Source: Felis catus
Lineage: Eukaryota
Assembly: GCF_018350175.1 (NCBI RefSeq)
Contig: NC_058368.1
Location: 111,354,001 to 111,418,000, forward strand
Direction: 5' to 3'
Length of the DNA: 64,000 nucleotides
Shown here: piece after piece, positions 37,156-51,530 of the stretch
How positions within the stretch are numbered: the first letter of the stretch is position 1
Layout: each line of letters opens with the position of its first letter
Program-made: the position numbers and the translations under genes
Notes under the pieces: model-generated
What the model was told of the DNA's origin: nothing
Database searches by the model: none
Seen by the model: the letters and a program-made list of their open reading frames with translations, nothing else

Positions 37156-40100
37156 ATGAAGGAGGAAAGGAGGGCCAGGTTTAGAAGGAAGGTTGTGAAT
37201 AATCCCAAAGCTTCTTGGTTTTATTTTGACATACATGATTTTGTAGCCTGGGCTTTCCCAATTTGTTTTCCCATTTGATTTGTTTTCCTGCTTTTGCTCA
37301 GAAACTGCCGGTTGCTCACAGATGCCCTCAGGGCACGAGCAGTGGCGTTGTGTTTATATATAGGTTCAAGTGTAATACTTAACTGTCATTTTTGCTTTTC
37401 CTTTAGAGTTATGGTTATGGTTGTGTCTCATACGTCATTACTACTTTTAGGCCATTCTGCATCGATGTTTTATGTGCTAAACAACTGAAACAATTTTTCA
37501 TATTCGTGAAGTAAGCCTACAATATATTAAAAATAATATCTAAGGTATTTTTAACTGATGGAACAAAGCAAACTAATGATTCAGGATTACTTGAGGTAAT
37601 GGCTGTGAGTTTTTGTAACATTTCTTTTCATGAGACAGGACACAGATATTTGTATGCTTTGGCATTTACACAGACTTCAGATGTTAAAAATCTTACTTTA
37701 ATGTTCTAGGTTTAAACAGCAGAAACTTATTTATTTTGTTTTATTGATTTACATGGTATTGATTGATTTAACCATTATTCCTAAAAGAATTCTTTAGTGT
37801 TTGCCTTCCAGCAGTGATATGTTGTGTATTTTTTAATTGCCTAAGAGTATATATACCAAACACTACAAACAATTCATATTTACCGAAAAATTAAACTTTT
37901 TAATAAAAACTGCACATTACATTTCTGGTGAAATATAATGCATTCTGAGAATAGCATATTTAATATAATAGAGAAAGAATCATTCTTAAGGTGTGCATGT
38001 AGCCGTAGTCACTACATTTTGCCTTTCATTATATTTAGTTTTAAAGCATTATACTTAAAACATTTATTAATGTTGTTCATTTATTCAAAATGTTTTGTAG
38101 TTTTTTTTTTGTTTTTTTTTTTTGTTTTTTTTTTTGTTACCAAGAAATTGTCCCATTGCATTAGCACTTACTGTGGTTTCAGGTTTCTATCTACCAAAGG
38201 ACACAAATTGAAGGTAGAGTCTAAAACTGGTAAAAAACAAAATGCTGTTTTCTGACTTTCAGAACCCAAATATTAAGAAATCTGTCAGAATCCATCTATG
38301 CATGAAACGTGTAAAAATATGTTGGTTAGTTTAATTAAAAGTCTAACAGTGGTTTCGGTAAGACCACTTCATCCAAAAGAAAATTTTTTCCAACAATGTT
38401 TGCTTTAGAAAAAGGTAGAAAAGAAAAAAAATACTGGGTAGGTGTGTATGGTAGGGATAGAAGAAAATCTCTCCTCTCCCCTTGCTGAAAGTAACATTCT
38501 TTGTTAATATACATTTTATTTATTCTGAGTTTGTTCTAAATAAAATAAACTATTATAAACTTCAGATTTGGAAAAAAAATCCAATGAACTTTAAAGTTAC
38601 AATGTATGTATTTGTGATTTTAAATGCCTTTGAGATTATAATGTAGATTTGCAGGACCCAAAAACTTTTAAAATAATGACAACTTTAAAAGGGCACATCT
38701 TGTGTTGTTTGGGCTTGCTCTCAGTTAATGCAAACTCTGATTGCAAATGGATGTCATGTTTCATACCTTTTTTATCAGGAAAAAAGCAGCAAGCCTTCAG
38801 GTGTTCCAGTGATGCCTGACACAATGAGCTGGACTTATGCTGCTCTTTACAGTAAGAGGTGTTGCATTGTATGTGGGGACTTTGTGTGCACTGGCATCTA
38901 AGACAGTGACCTCATCAATTTTAGCTTTGCACAAACCCTAGAGAACAATAGTGGATGACTATATAATCAGTTCTAACATTCTGGCAGCTAAATTGCTACA
39001 AGAGTTTCTCCTTACAGAAGCTTAAAATAGAAAACTTTTTAATAATTTACTCAGAACAGTATACCTTCTGACACACACAAATGCTTACATCTTTATTCCT
39101 GTGTTCATCTATCCACTTTTGTGATATGTATCTGTCATTTAGCTCTTTCTCAAGATGATGTTCAGCGGTTGGCTGCTTAGAAATCCTCTTTTGAGTTCCT
39201 GAAAATAGTTGTTTAAATGTTCTACTTATATATCACTATCAAGGATTTGGTTACATGTTGTTTTATACTGTGTCCATTTGACATTTCCCTTTCAGTTTAT
39301 TTTTATCCCTGATTTGTTGTACATACCCTTCCCTTTCTCTATGCCCTTTGCTTTGTTGATTCCCCTGCCTTTTGCCCCATTCTCCAGCACATCTTCTCAG
39401 TGGTGCTGTGCTGTGTGTCAGAAGATAAAGCAGGTGTATTATTGTATAATGAATTTTGTATACATGTTAATGAAATGGTGAAAACAACTAAAGGAATTCT
39501 GTTCATAACAGTGTTAATTAATATCAGGAGTTATGTCCCAGGAAAAAAAGAGGCGAATGGCTACAGTTGTGAATGGTTAACATTGTTTAGAATGCTGGAT
39601 TTTTCTGTTCAGGTAACCGTTTACCTGGAGTATTAGAGCTGTATGGTGGTGAGCATCTCCTGATTACACTTCCTTTTCTCCTTGTGAACAGTTTATTGGT
39701 ACCATGCTGAAGAGAATGGACATAGAGTGATAACATGAATGAAGTCTTAAAATACACAATATTTTTACTTCTCTATAAAGACTACATCGTGCATCTTTTG
39801 TAACACTGTCTCGTCATGATAAACACTGAAATAGCATGTTAAACAATTGCCTATACTTTAATATAATCAGTTGGGGAAAACTGGCCTTTTCTTCCAACTG
39901 TGTGATTGTTTCTTGAAAGGTAAATTGCTAATTTTATATTGTATAATTCTCTCTTCACAAAATAGGTTTCACTATTCTATATTAAAACTGTTGATCAGAA
40001 AATGATCTGCTATTCAAGTAAGTTTGCTTTCCTTTTTTCTTTGAAAAATATTTTAACATGCCTTATTTATTATCATATTAACAAATAAGCAGCTAATACA

Positions 40101-41145
40101 GATGAAGTTTTCATTTTTTTCACAGATAAACCTTGCATAACTGATCTTTAGTATGGGATGATTTTGATACTATCTTTGGAGTTTTGCACTGGATATTTTA
40201 AAAATACTGGCACAATGTATTGGAAGAAAATAAGCATCTGATTAGTTTTTAATATTTGGGGACATTTTTTAAATCAGTGTTCATTTAGACTAAAATATTC
40301 TTGATATTTTTTATTTACTTTTTAAGGAAATCTCTGTTAAAGTAATAAAAGTAATATTCATTCCAAACTGATGTTTGTGTGAATTTACATGTAATAGTTT
40401 CTTGAAGTAATAGAGTTTCTTTGAGTTAAGGAGGAAAAAACAGTTATCTGGATCCATTTATTAGGTTAAAGGTGATCCAGCCAGTGTAAGAAAAACCAGT
40501 GTATGAGCTAAAGAAAAAAAAAAAAAAACTTTCTATTCTAAGAAGCTTTAAAAGAAGAATTCAGGGGATGTTGACAATAACTGCTGCTCTGTCAGTCATT
40601 GTCTCTATATGCAGTAAAATTTTATGGTCCCTTTATAATATAAACATTCACAACAGTTGTTCAAAACATTTTTTTCCTTGGACATAAAATATTTTGATGC
40701 TATATTTTTGTTTTTATTATAGCTTAACTATATGCTCTGAACTCTAGGATGTATCTAAATCTTTCCTTTGCTTTTCCCTCCACCTCCCCCCAAATAGATA
40801 AATCTGTGCTCTCACATACATTGTATTTAATTTTGGGAAAATTTAATGCTATAGTAAATCAAGTGTGTGATTTATAGTAATCAGACCACTTTGATTCTTT
40901 AAGTTTCACAGTTTCCTTTTTCCACATATAATTACAGAGAAAATAATTACCAATTAACTGATATAAGCACGTTGTCCTCTGCTGTAAAAAGTCTGAATAG
41001 ATACTGTGTATGTTTTTATGTCCATGAACTTGAGCTACTCGTGTGCAATTATGTGTATGGGAATGGAGTAGTGTTCATGATTCGTATCTACATCATCATA
41101 TGGATGTATATTTATTAATAAAGTCATTACTTTAAAACCAACTAC
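37156..41145 (+). other. C5orf24: C5orf24 long 3' UTR
   Basis: About 4 kb, AT-rich, no recognisable transposons. AATAAA at 37902, 38539/38544, 40344 and 41117. The end is inferred from the distal signal. Confidence 0.65.
38779..38819 (+). CDS. C5orf24: Alternative C-terminal coding segment of C5orf24 (155-aa isoform)
   Basis: Acceptor ccttttttatcag| is phase-compatible with the internal donor CCAG|gtagca at 37015. Encodes (G)KKQQAFRCSSDA*. Confidence 0.75.
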
Positions 41146-41609
41146 GTTTACTGCTTTATTAGCACAGTATTTATCAAGTAAAAGAATGGTAAATCATACA
41201 CCTTTATCATGGCTGTGATCTTATATTTTCTTAGGTGTGCTTTCTGAAATGTTACCTCTGTGCTTTTGTTTTTCTCAAAATAGAAGTATTTATATTTTTG
41301 TAATTTAAAATCCTGATTTCTAAATGGATCTCAATATTCTTTGCTTTTTCTTCCCATTGTTAAGATACAGCAGGCTAATAGTTATACCAAAGGCTTATAT
41401 TTACATTTGAGTATTGTTGATCTTTTTAGTTTAAAAAATTTCAGGTATTAAACATGGCTAATTTATTGTTGTTTTAATGTTCACCTTAGGGAGAACAGCA
41501 TGTGCATATTTTGTAAATATTGGAGATATAAAAGGAAAACACTTTCCCCTAATTTTTTGAACATATAATTACCTTTTTTAGTTTCTTCAAAGCCTGCAGA
41601 TCATGTAGA

Positions 41610-41805
41610 ACACAAGTTGGCAAACTAAGGCCTACTGCCTGTTCTTGTAAATAAAGTTTTACTGGAATAGCCATTGTTTGTTTACAGATTGTCTAAGTCT
41701 GCTTTTGTAATAGAGTGGCGGAGCTGAGTAGTTATGACATAAGGCCAACAAAGCCTAAAATATTTCTGATTATTCCTTTACAGGAAAATTTGCTGACCCT
41801 TCATT
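41610..41805. mobile_element. MER58A-like hAT DNA transposon
   Basis: gttggcaaact...tgtaaataaagttttactggaa...aagcctaaaatattt...tttgctgaccc, with terminal inverted repeats. Confidence 0.8.
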
Positions 41806-44800
41806 TAGAAGGATAAATTGGAATAGGAAACAACAGATGAAATTTGAAGTTGAATTTCAAAACCTGAATAAATGATGGCTGTTTTGTGCTTTTGAATTGT
41901 ATTAGATATTCTTCAAATCATACTTGAAAGCATTTTTTGGTGTGTGCTTTTCCTCACATTGTTGAAGCACTCTGACATCTACATGAGAGTGTGCTGGTGA
42001 TTAGGTGTACTGGTCCTAATCTAGAAAGAGATCTACACCATCGTACTGGATCATTTCAATGGCTCAAAGGATTACTTAGTTATTCACTGTCTTTACCATG
42101 TTTTCTGTAGATCTTTATGAGAGTTTTACAGTAAAAACTCATTTGTTCATTGTAATTATACTTGTCAAAATTCTCATTTTCTGTCAGTTGTCAGAAAGCA
42201 AATCAGTGTCGTTTTCAGTTGAAAAAGCCAGCCAACTAAGATTTGTAGATTGAAGAGAAGGAAGTCTCCATTTACCCCTCAGAATTTATACCTTGAATAT
42301 TATTAACACACTTGTGGATTTGATCCCGTTAGTTGCCAATGGTGTGTGAGAATCGCGAACAACCTTTAGGAAAATAGAAATCAATTGGCATTTGATCGTT
42401 GTATAACAACATAGAAGCATGAATTTTGGAACAATTGTAAAATATTACAGTTCTGCTGAGAATGTCCTAGTAGAATGAAAGGAGGTCTGCTGCCACTATA
42501 CATTTTCCATTCTTAGCACCCAGATTTCGTTGTTCTCGGTTTATGAAGGTTTCATCATCACTCTGTCCTGTTTCAAAATGTGCATCACCGGTATCTTGTA
42601 AAGTACATGTGGATTTTCATGCCTGATTTCTGTAAGAGTGTTTAGAGTAAGTAGCACAGGTAAAGTGACTCACAAATGCCAGAGGTGAGCCGTTGGCAAA
42701 CAGAATACACTACAACGTAGCCTTTTTGGTGATAAACGTCACCCTTAAAGGATAGTTGCTTCAAAATTAATGCCAACCATACATGTTTTCTAAAAATCAA
42801 AACACAAAACCCCATTGGAGTAAAAATATAATAGGGTACAACAATAATGGCTTTATTATAGTACTTGGCATAAGTAATAAGCACTTTACCTGCTTTTATT
42901 AAATCACTGCAGTTCTATTGAATGATGTCAAAGGAATTGGAATACCCCTTTCACTGGTTTAAAAAGAAAAACGGGCGCCTGGGTGGCGCAGTCGTTTGAG
43001 CGTCTGACTTTGGTTCAGGTCATGATCTCACAGTTTGTGAGTTCGAGCCCCACGTTGGGCTCTGTGCTGACCGCTCAGGACCTGGAGCCTGCTTCGGGTC
43101 TGTGTCTCCCTCTCTCTCTGCTCCTCCCCTGCTCACACTCTGTCTCTCTCTCAAAATAAATAAAGTTTTTTTTTTTAATTTAAAAGCAAATTAAAAAACA
43201 AACAAACTTGAATCCTATGGAAGTTAAATAATTTACCCAGAATTGTACACCGAGTAAGTGGTAGAGAGCATCAACCCATGCAAGGCTGCGGCTCTTAACC
43301 ACTACCTTCTACTCCCCATTGGAAAAAAAATTTTTTTTTAATTTTTTCTAGTATTTATTTTTGAGACAGTCCAGGCAGGGGAGGAGGGGGGAGGGGCAGA
43401 GAGGGAGACACAGAATCCAAAGCAGGCTCCAGGCTCTGAGCTGTCAGCACAGATTCTGATGCGGAGCTCGAACCCACAATCTGTGAGATCATGACCCGAG
43501 CAGAAGTCGGACACTTAAGTGACTAAGCCACCCAGGTGCCCTCACCATTGGAAAAAAGTTTTAATGGGGTCTGCTTTTAGTAGTAGGTATTTTTGTACTG
43601 GCACTAAGATAAATGTCACTCTGGAAAAACTATACATTTTGTCTCCATGCCAGTAGCCATTCTCTTGTGAGAACCTGGGGGCTGTGAAGTAGCTTCTTAG
43701 CAAGGAGAGTGACAGAAAAAGTGAGCCTTTTTTTGTTTGTTTTCTCTAATTTGTTTTTTCACTACTCTTAAAATCTTTAGTCCTTTTTGTTAGATGTTTA
43801 TTTCCATATGAGCTTGGCATGTTTTTGAGTACATTTGCCTATTTTGTCTGGGCTGACTGGAACTGGTTTGTGACTAAGAAATTGGTTTGTGATACATTGT
43901 CAAGCATCCATCCCTTTATCCTTGGTCTAGCTTTTCTTGGGATAAGAAGTTGCGTGTCAGGGCACATGGTTGGCTCAGTTATGCAACTGAGTAGCATGCA
44001 TAGACTCTTACTCTTTGGGTTGTTGAGTTCAAGCCCCACATTGGGTGTGGAGCCTACTTAAAAAAAAAAATAAAAAAAGTATGTAGGGTAGCAGTCATCC
44101 CAGTTGCTGCCTTGTAGCTCTATGTGACTTGTCTCAATAGATACAAGATCTTCTTCCTGCTCATTTTTGTATTAATTTTACTTACTAGTATTGTTAAATT
44201 GCCTCAGGTAACGATATATCAATCCTTCTCCTCAAGGAAAATATTTTTTTGTTTTGAAAATACCTACTTTCAGGGTGTCTTTGTGACTCTGTCGGTTGGG
44301 CATCCGACTCTGGATTTCAACTCAGGTCACGATCCCAGGATTGAGCCCCACATAGGGCTCCACGCTCAGCTTGAGATTCTGTGTCTCCCGCTGCCGCTCT
44401 CCCCTGCTTGTGCGTGCTCGCTTGCTCTTTCATAAAGAAGTAAGTTATCCTTTGGGGGATAAAAAGAAAATTCCTAGTTTCTATACTTATATGACTCTTG
44501 TTTCATAATAATGCTGGGTTTTTAAAAAATGTTTTAATATTTGTTTTTGGGAGAGTGTTCACACAAGTGCAGAGGGGCAGAGGAAGAGAGAATCCCAAGC
44601 AGGCCCTGCACTGTCACCTCAGAGCCCCACACAGGGCTCAATCCCACGAACCATGAGATTCTGACCCAGCCAAGATTCTGACACCTTAGCCAACTGAGCC
44701 ACCCAGGCACCCCTATAAAAATGCTGTTCTGATACTGGAAATTTTAATCTTTACTTTTTTAATTAAGTTAATGTAGTATGAGTATCTCAGGTTTCCCATT

Positions 44801-45398
44801 TTATCTGCCTATCCGTACCCTGTGTATCAGGACTTAGAGTAATGATAGTTGTTTTTTAAGATTTAATTTTTTTAATATTTTAAGTAATCTCTGTACTCCT
44901 CATGGGGCTCCGAATCATGACCCTGAGAGCAAGATTGTCCTGCTCTCCCAACTGAGCCAGCCAGGCACCCTTGCAGTAATGATAGTTTGTTATTAATAGA
45001 GACCCGCAAATGCAGTGGCTCTAACAAAGGTAGTGTATTTCACACCACATAAATGTTTTGTGCAGTCTTTCAAAGACCTGGTCTCCAAGTGACTTTTGCC
45101 ATTTTCAAAACATGGTTTCCAAGATTACTCAGTTGGTTTTTTTTAATGTTTATTTCTGAGAGAGACAGAGACAGAGTGCAAGCAAGGGAGGGGTAGAGAG
45201 AGAGAGGGAGACAGAATCCAAAGCAGGCTCCAGGCTCTGAGCTGCCAGCACAGAGCCCGATGCGGGGCTCAGACTCAAAAACGGTGAGATCTGACCTGAG
45301 CAGAAGTTCGGAGCTTAACCCGACTGAGCCACCCAGCTGCCCCACAATTACTCACTTTATTGTAGCTGGCCTGAGAGACGGGCTTTGGAAGTCCAGGC

Positions 45399-45900
45399 TA
45401 TTTTATTTTATTTTATTTTATTTTATTTTATTTTATTTTATTTTTTAAATATGAAATTTATTGTCAAATTGGTTTCCATACAACACCCAGTGCTGCTCAT
45501 CCCAACAGGTGCCCTCCTCAGTGTCCATCACCCACTTACCCTCCCTCCCACCCCCCATCAACCTTCAATTTATTCTCAGTTTTTAAGAGTCTCTTATGGT
45601 TTGCCTCCTTCCCTCTCTAACTTTTTTTTCTGCCTTCCACTCCCCCATGGGCTTCTGTTAAGTTTCTCAGGATCCACATAAGAGTGAAAGTATATGGTAT
45701 CTGCCTTTCTCTGTATGATTTATTTCACTTAGAATAACACTGTCCAGTTCCATCCATGTTGCTACAAAAGGCCATATTTCATTCTTTCTCATTGCCAAGT
45801 AGTATTCCATTGTATATATAAACCACAGCTTCTTTATCCATTCATCAGTTGATGGACATTTAGGCTCTTTCCATAATTTAGCTATTGTTGACAGTGCTGC
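45399..45900 (-). mobile_element. 5'-truncated felid L1 3' end with (TTTTA)n tail
   Basis: atgaaatttattgtcaaattggtttccatacaacacccagtgct...ccattcatcagttgatggacatttagg. Confidence 0.88.
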
Positions 45901-47654
45901 TATATAAAGAATTTGAATTTACAATTAAAATCCATTCGTAAACAGATCAGGCCCTTTTAATAAGTTGTATAATTTCTCACAGTTCTTGGACTAAAGTTGG
46001 TCACATGACTGCCTGTGGTTGCAAGAGGCACTGGGAAATGTTCCTGCTTGGCAGACATGTCCAGGTATGGAAGCAGATGGATTTTAGTAACAGTATCTAC
46101 CACAGATCTATATAGAAAAGGGTTGTGGGCCTAAAATTGGAGTAGAATGAAGAAGCAAAATCCTACAGATAACATGAAACCAAGCTGTTTTTGAAGCTAA
46201 TTTAAATCATTACTAGGTGCCCCCCCCCTCCTTTTTGAACAATTGTTACTAATTCATTAAAGATTTGAGTGCTGTCTTTGGGTCTAACACTATTCTGAGT
46301 GCCCTAGACAACTGGTTTGTAGTCTAATGAAAATTTCAGACAAGTAAACAGACAATTATACAATATGATTAATGCTATTTCTGGAGTAAATTGAGTGGTG
46401 CTGTAAGAGTACCCAAAATGAAAAGATATTTTTTAAATTGTTTTATTTATTTTTGAGAGAGAGAGAGAGCAAGTAGGGGAGGGCAGAGAGAGGGAGAGAC
46501 ACAGAGCCCAAAGCAGGCTCCGGGCTCTGAGCTATCAGCACAGATTCCAACACATGGCTTGAACTCACGAACTGTGAGATCATGACCTGAGCTGAAGTTG
46601 GGCACTTAACTGACTGAATCACCCAGGCCCCCCATGAAATGATACTTAAGTTGATCCCTGAAAGATGAGAGGGATTGATGTGTGGAAGAGGGGAGAGTAT
46701 TGGAGACAGAACAAAACACACAAAAGCCTGGAAAGCATGATATTCTTCAACAACAAATAATTGCATGATGAGTGGTGGTGGTGAACAGGGTTGAGAAGGG
46801 GAGAAGAAACGGACACAATTACAGAAGGGCACAGAAAATCATTTTAATTAGCGTTTCTATTTTGAGGACAATGGTGAGCCCTTAGAAGGTTTTAAGTAAG
46901 AGAATGACTTAACATTTGTAGTTTAGGTTGGCTTGGAAGAGACAAGATTAGAGGCAGGCCCAGTGGTAAAGTCTCATTTGGGTGAGATACTAAGATTAGG
47001 ACTGGGCAGTGGGGAAGAGAGGACAGATTATGGTCTGAGACACATAGTTAATAAAACTTGGTGTCAGTATTGAGTATCAAAGATTATGAGTTGGAGTTGG
47101 GGTTGGGGTGCCTGGCTGGATCAGTTGGTGGAACGTGCAACTCTTGATCTTGGGGTTGTAATTTTGAGCCCACATTGCATGTAGGGATTACTTAAAACTA
47201 AAATCTTAAAAAAAAAAAGATAATGAGGGTGACACTATTAACTAGGCTAGGGAACGTGGGAGTGTGTGCATGGCGAGGAGGTGGTTAGATGGGATGTTTC
47301 CAAGCCAAGTATGACCAATTAAGATGGCCCCTGCCTATATCAAAAGGTTGTTTATTCTAGAATAGCCCACTCCTTTGTAGTTGAAGGTAAATACTGTTTT
47401 TATAGGTGATGGAGGGTGTGAGGCAAAAAGGAGCTACTTTTAAAAAAATTATTACCTTTTTTTTGGGGGGGGGGAGGGCACAAGTGAGTGAGGGGCAGAA
47501 AGAGAGGGAGAGACAGAGAATTCCACAAGGGGTAGAGAGGGACAGAGAGAGAAGAGGGGCTCACCCGATGCCGGGCTAGAACTCTAAGATCATGAGATCA
47601 TGACCTGAGCCAAATCTGATGCTTAACCAACTGAGCCACCCAGGCGCCCCTTGC

Positions 47655-48116
47655 TTTTTTTTTTTTTTTTTTTTCAATTGAGGTATAACTGACATACAGC
47701 ATTATATTAGTTTCAGATGTACAGCATAATGATCTCTACACATCCATCACCATACATAGTTGCACGATTTTTCTTGTGCTGAGAACTCTTAAGATCTCTT
47801 TTAGCAAGTTTCAAATATATAATATAGTATTAACTATAGTCCTCATGTTGTACATTACATCACCATGATTTATTTCTTTTGTAACTGGTTCTTTTCACCC
47901 ATTTTGCCCACCTCCTGCCTGCCTCTGGCAATTAACAATCTAATCTCTGTACCTGTGGGCTTGTTTTTGTTTTTTGTTTTAGATTCCATGTATAAGTGAA
48001 ATCATACAGTATTTGTCTTCATCTGTCTGACTTATTTTACTTAGCATAATGCCCTCAAGGTCCACCCACCTTGTCACAAATGGCAGAATTTCCTTTTTTA
48101 TGACTGAATAATATTC

Positions 48117-48169
<53 letters not shown>

Positions 48170-48490
48170 CACACACACACACGCATGTGCCCTTGCATGT
48201 GCCACATTGTCTTTATCTGTTCATCCATTCAAGTACACTTGGGTTACTTCCATGTTTTGGCTATTGTAAAAAATGCTGCAGTGAACATGGGGATGCAGAT
48301 ATCTTTCTGTGTTAGTGTTATTATTTGATTTTGATGATACCCAGAAGTAGAATTGTTGGATCACATAGTGGTTCTCATTTTAATTTTGGGGGGAACCCCT
48401 GTACTGTTTTCCATAGTGGCAGTACCAATTTACATTCTCACCAACAGTGCACAGGGGTTCCCTTTGCTCCATACCTTCACCAATACTTGT
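47655..48490 (-). mobile_element. L1 3' fragment containing (TG)n at 48120-48162
   Basis: Antisense L1 ORF2 end (minus-strand ORF ...KKEILPFVTRWVDLEGIMLSKISQ...) plus 3' UTR. Confidence 0.85.
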
Positions 48491-48704
48491 TATTTCTTAT
48501 CAAGTACTCTTGAACGTAGAGAGTTTGATATTTTAAGTAAAAACATTTTTTATTAGTAATTTTCTCAGACTTTCAACTGGCCTAATATATTCAATAGATC
48601 TTAGTAACTACTGAGCATCTACTCTACAGTGTGGCAGCTCACACACCGAGCAGGACACAAGTCCCTACCCTCAAGGAACCAACAGTACAAAACATATGCC
48701 TTAC

Positions 48705-48990
48705 AGAGAAAGGCAGATACCATATATTTTCACTCATATGTAGATCCTGAGAAACTTAACAGAAGATCATGGGGGAGGGAAAGGGGGAAAAAAAGAGAAG
48801 GAGGAAGGCAAACCATAAGAGACTCTTAAATACTTAAATACTGAGAACAAACAGAGGTTGATGGGGGTTGAGGGAGAGGGGAAAGTGGGTGATGGGCTTT
48901 GTGGAGGGCACCTGTTGGGATGAGCACTGGATGTTGTATGGAAACCAACTTGACAATAAATTATATTTAATAAAAAAATAATAAAAAAAA
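48705..48990 (+). mobile_element. Short felid L1 3' end
   Basis: ...gatgagcactggatgttgtatggaaaccaacttgacaataaa plus A tail. Probable TSD aaaacat(at)g(c/t)ctta. Confidence 0.85.
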
Positions 48991-49283
48991 GAAAACATGT
49001 CTTAATAAGTAGAACTTAAAGTGTGGGATGCCAATTTTTATTCATTCTGCACTAATATGTTAACATGCTTTATCTCTCATGATACCTAATTCACTTGGGT
49101 TCAGAACAAGTGAAACTACAACCCATCTTCCTAGTCCTAAGCTTTAGGCTAGGTTTGGGATGAATTTCACCAAAAAGAAAACATGGGGGTTGGGGTTCCT
49201 GGCTAACTCGGTTGTTGGGAGTATGTGACTGGATCTCAGAGTCATGGGTTCAAGCCCCACGTTGGGAGTAGAGATAACTTAAA

Positions 49284-49284
49284 A

Positions 49285-49367
<83 letters not shown>

Positions 49368-49370
49368 ATA
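49284..49370. repeat. (TAAA)n tetranucleotide microsatellite forming a SINE tail
   Basis: About 21 perfect units, read directly. Confidence 0.95.
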
Positions 49371-50447
49371 GGTTATGATGCTTATTCTTTATAAACTCAG
49401 GAGTATCAGGCAAGAGATCATTCATATATCATGATGTTGGCTTAATGTTGGCTTTTATGTCATGATGGGAGCTATTTACATGGCTGTTGTGTTTCCTCTA
49501 CAACATAAACAAAAACTATAAAACGTTATGCTTCCTGGGGAGACTGGGTGTGGTTCAGTTGGTTAAGCGTCTGACTCTTGATTTTGGCTCAGATCATGAT
49601 CGTGCAGTCGGGAGATCAAGCCCCACGTCAGGCTCTATACTGTTGATGCATAACCTGCTTGGGATTCTCTCTCTCTCTGCCCCTCCTCTGCTTGCATGCA
49701 TACATGCTCTCTCTCAAAATAAATAAATAAACTTAAAGTAATGCATCCTTAGTAAGCCAGGTACAGAATGGCTGATGACTGAAACTGATTATGGTGTTTT
49801 GGGGTAAACAGCTGTAGGACTATCACAAAAACAAACCAAAAAAAAGTCCTTTTTAAAATTTTTGTGTAAAAATGTTTATTTTGCAAATATACACACTTTA
49901 GTAAAAAGAATATAAAGACAATATGACCATCATCAAATTTTAGTAATTAAGAAAGACATTTTTTATCTATATCTTCACCAACTCTCTGCCTCTCCCCAAT
50001 GAATTTGAAGCAAATTCTCCAAATCATATCATGTCCTCCTAAAATATTTCAATATGTTTATCTAGAGACCTTCTAAAACACATAAACATGATACCATTAT
50101 TACATTTTTAAAAGAAATAATTCCTGGGGCACCTGTGTGGCTCAGTTGGTTGAGTGTCCGACTCTGTTTCAGCTCAGGTCATGATCTTATTAACGTTTGG
50201 TGAATTCGAGCCCCACATCGGGCTCTAAGCTGATAGTACGGACCCGCTTGGGTTTCTCTCTCTCTCTCTCTCTCTGTCCCTCCCCCACTTGTGCTGTCTC
50301 TCTCTCAAAATAAGTAAATAAACTTAAAAAAATTTTTAAAGAAATAATTCATAAATATCATCCAGTATCCAGTGTTAATATTGCCCTAATTGTCCCATGA
50401 TTGTAAAAAATTTCTTTAACTGTTTATGTCTGTTAATTGAAATAGAA

Positions 50448-50644
50448 TTTCCTCCTCTTCTTTCTCCTTCTCCTCCTCCTCCTCCTACCCCTCCTCCTCC
50501 TCCTCCTCCTCCTCCTTCTTCTTCTTCTTCTTCTCCTTCTCCTTCTCCTTCTTCTTCTTCTCCTCCTCCTCCTCCCCCTCCTCCTTCTCTTTCTTCTTCT
50601 CCTCTTTCTCTTCCTCCTTCTTCTCCTTCCCCTTCTTCTTTTTT
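50448..50644. repeat. (CCT/CTT)n polypyrimidine tract
   Basis: About 195 bp, almost purely C/T. Confidence 0.95.
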
Positions 50645-50959
50645 AAAGTAACCTCTGTGCCCAACATGGAGATTGGACTTATGACCCTGAGAGTTTCATG
50701 TTTGGGGCGCCTAGGTGGCTCGGTTGAGCATCCAACTTCGGCTCAGGTCAATGATCTTGCGGTTTGTGAGTTTGAGCCCCATGTCGAGCTCTATGCTGAG
50801 AGCTCAGAGCCTGGAGCCTGCTTCGGATTCTCTGTCTCCCTCTATGCCCCTCCCCTGCTCATGCTCTCTCTCAGTCTCTCAAAAAAAATAAATAAATGTT
50901 GAAAAATTAAAAAAAAAAGTTACATGTTCTACCCTCTGAGCTAGCCAAGTGCCCCTACT

Positions 50960-51530
50960 TTGTTTTTCTTCCTCAAAATTGTTTTGGCTATTTTGGCTTT
51001 TGTGTTTCCATACAGACTTTAGGGTAAGTCTGTCGATGTTAAATTCCTATAATTTTGTTATGGATTGTATTGTATCTATAGATCAATTTGGAGAGATGTG
51101 GCACCATAGCAATATTTTAATACATAACATGGTATATTTTTACATGTATTTAGGTCTTCCTTGATTTCTCTCAGCACTGTTTTATAATTTTCAATATATA
51201 GAACTTGCAGTTCTTTTGTTGAATTTATTCCTAGCCATTTTATTGTTTTTTATGATATTGTGAATGGTATTGCTTTCTTTATTTCACTTAGTATTGTTTG
51301 TTGCTTGTATATACAAATACATTTTTGTCTATTGATCTTGTGTCTTGCAACCTTCCTAAACTCAGTTATTAGTTCTGGCAGTTTTTTGGGTAGCTTCCAT
51401 AGGATTTTCTGCAAGCAAGATCGTATCATTTGTGAAAAAAGACAGTTCTTTTCTTCCAAACTATTCACTTTTAATTTTTTTTTATTGCTTACCTGGCTAA
51501 AACCTTCAATACACTGTTAAGTAGAAATAG
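50960..51530 (-). mobile_element. Old L1 ORF2 fragment
   Basis: The minus-strand ORF 51250-51468 includes LPELITEFRKVARHKINRQK, similar to the L1 reverse-transcriptase region LL.LI.EFSKV.GYKIN.QKS. Confidence 0.8.

Noticed and set aside
50397..50667. Pro/Ser-rich and Lys/Glu-rich ORFs (similar cases at 2155-2416, 6117-6488 and 12293-12514)
   Set aside because: Translations of simple purine/pyrimidine repeats.
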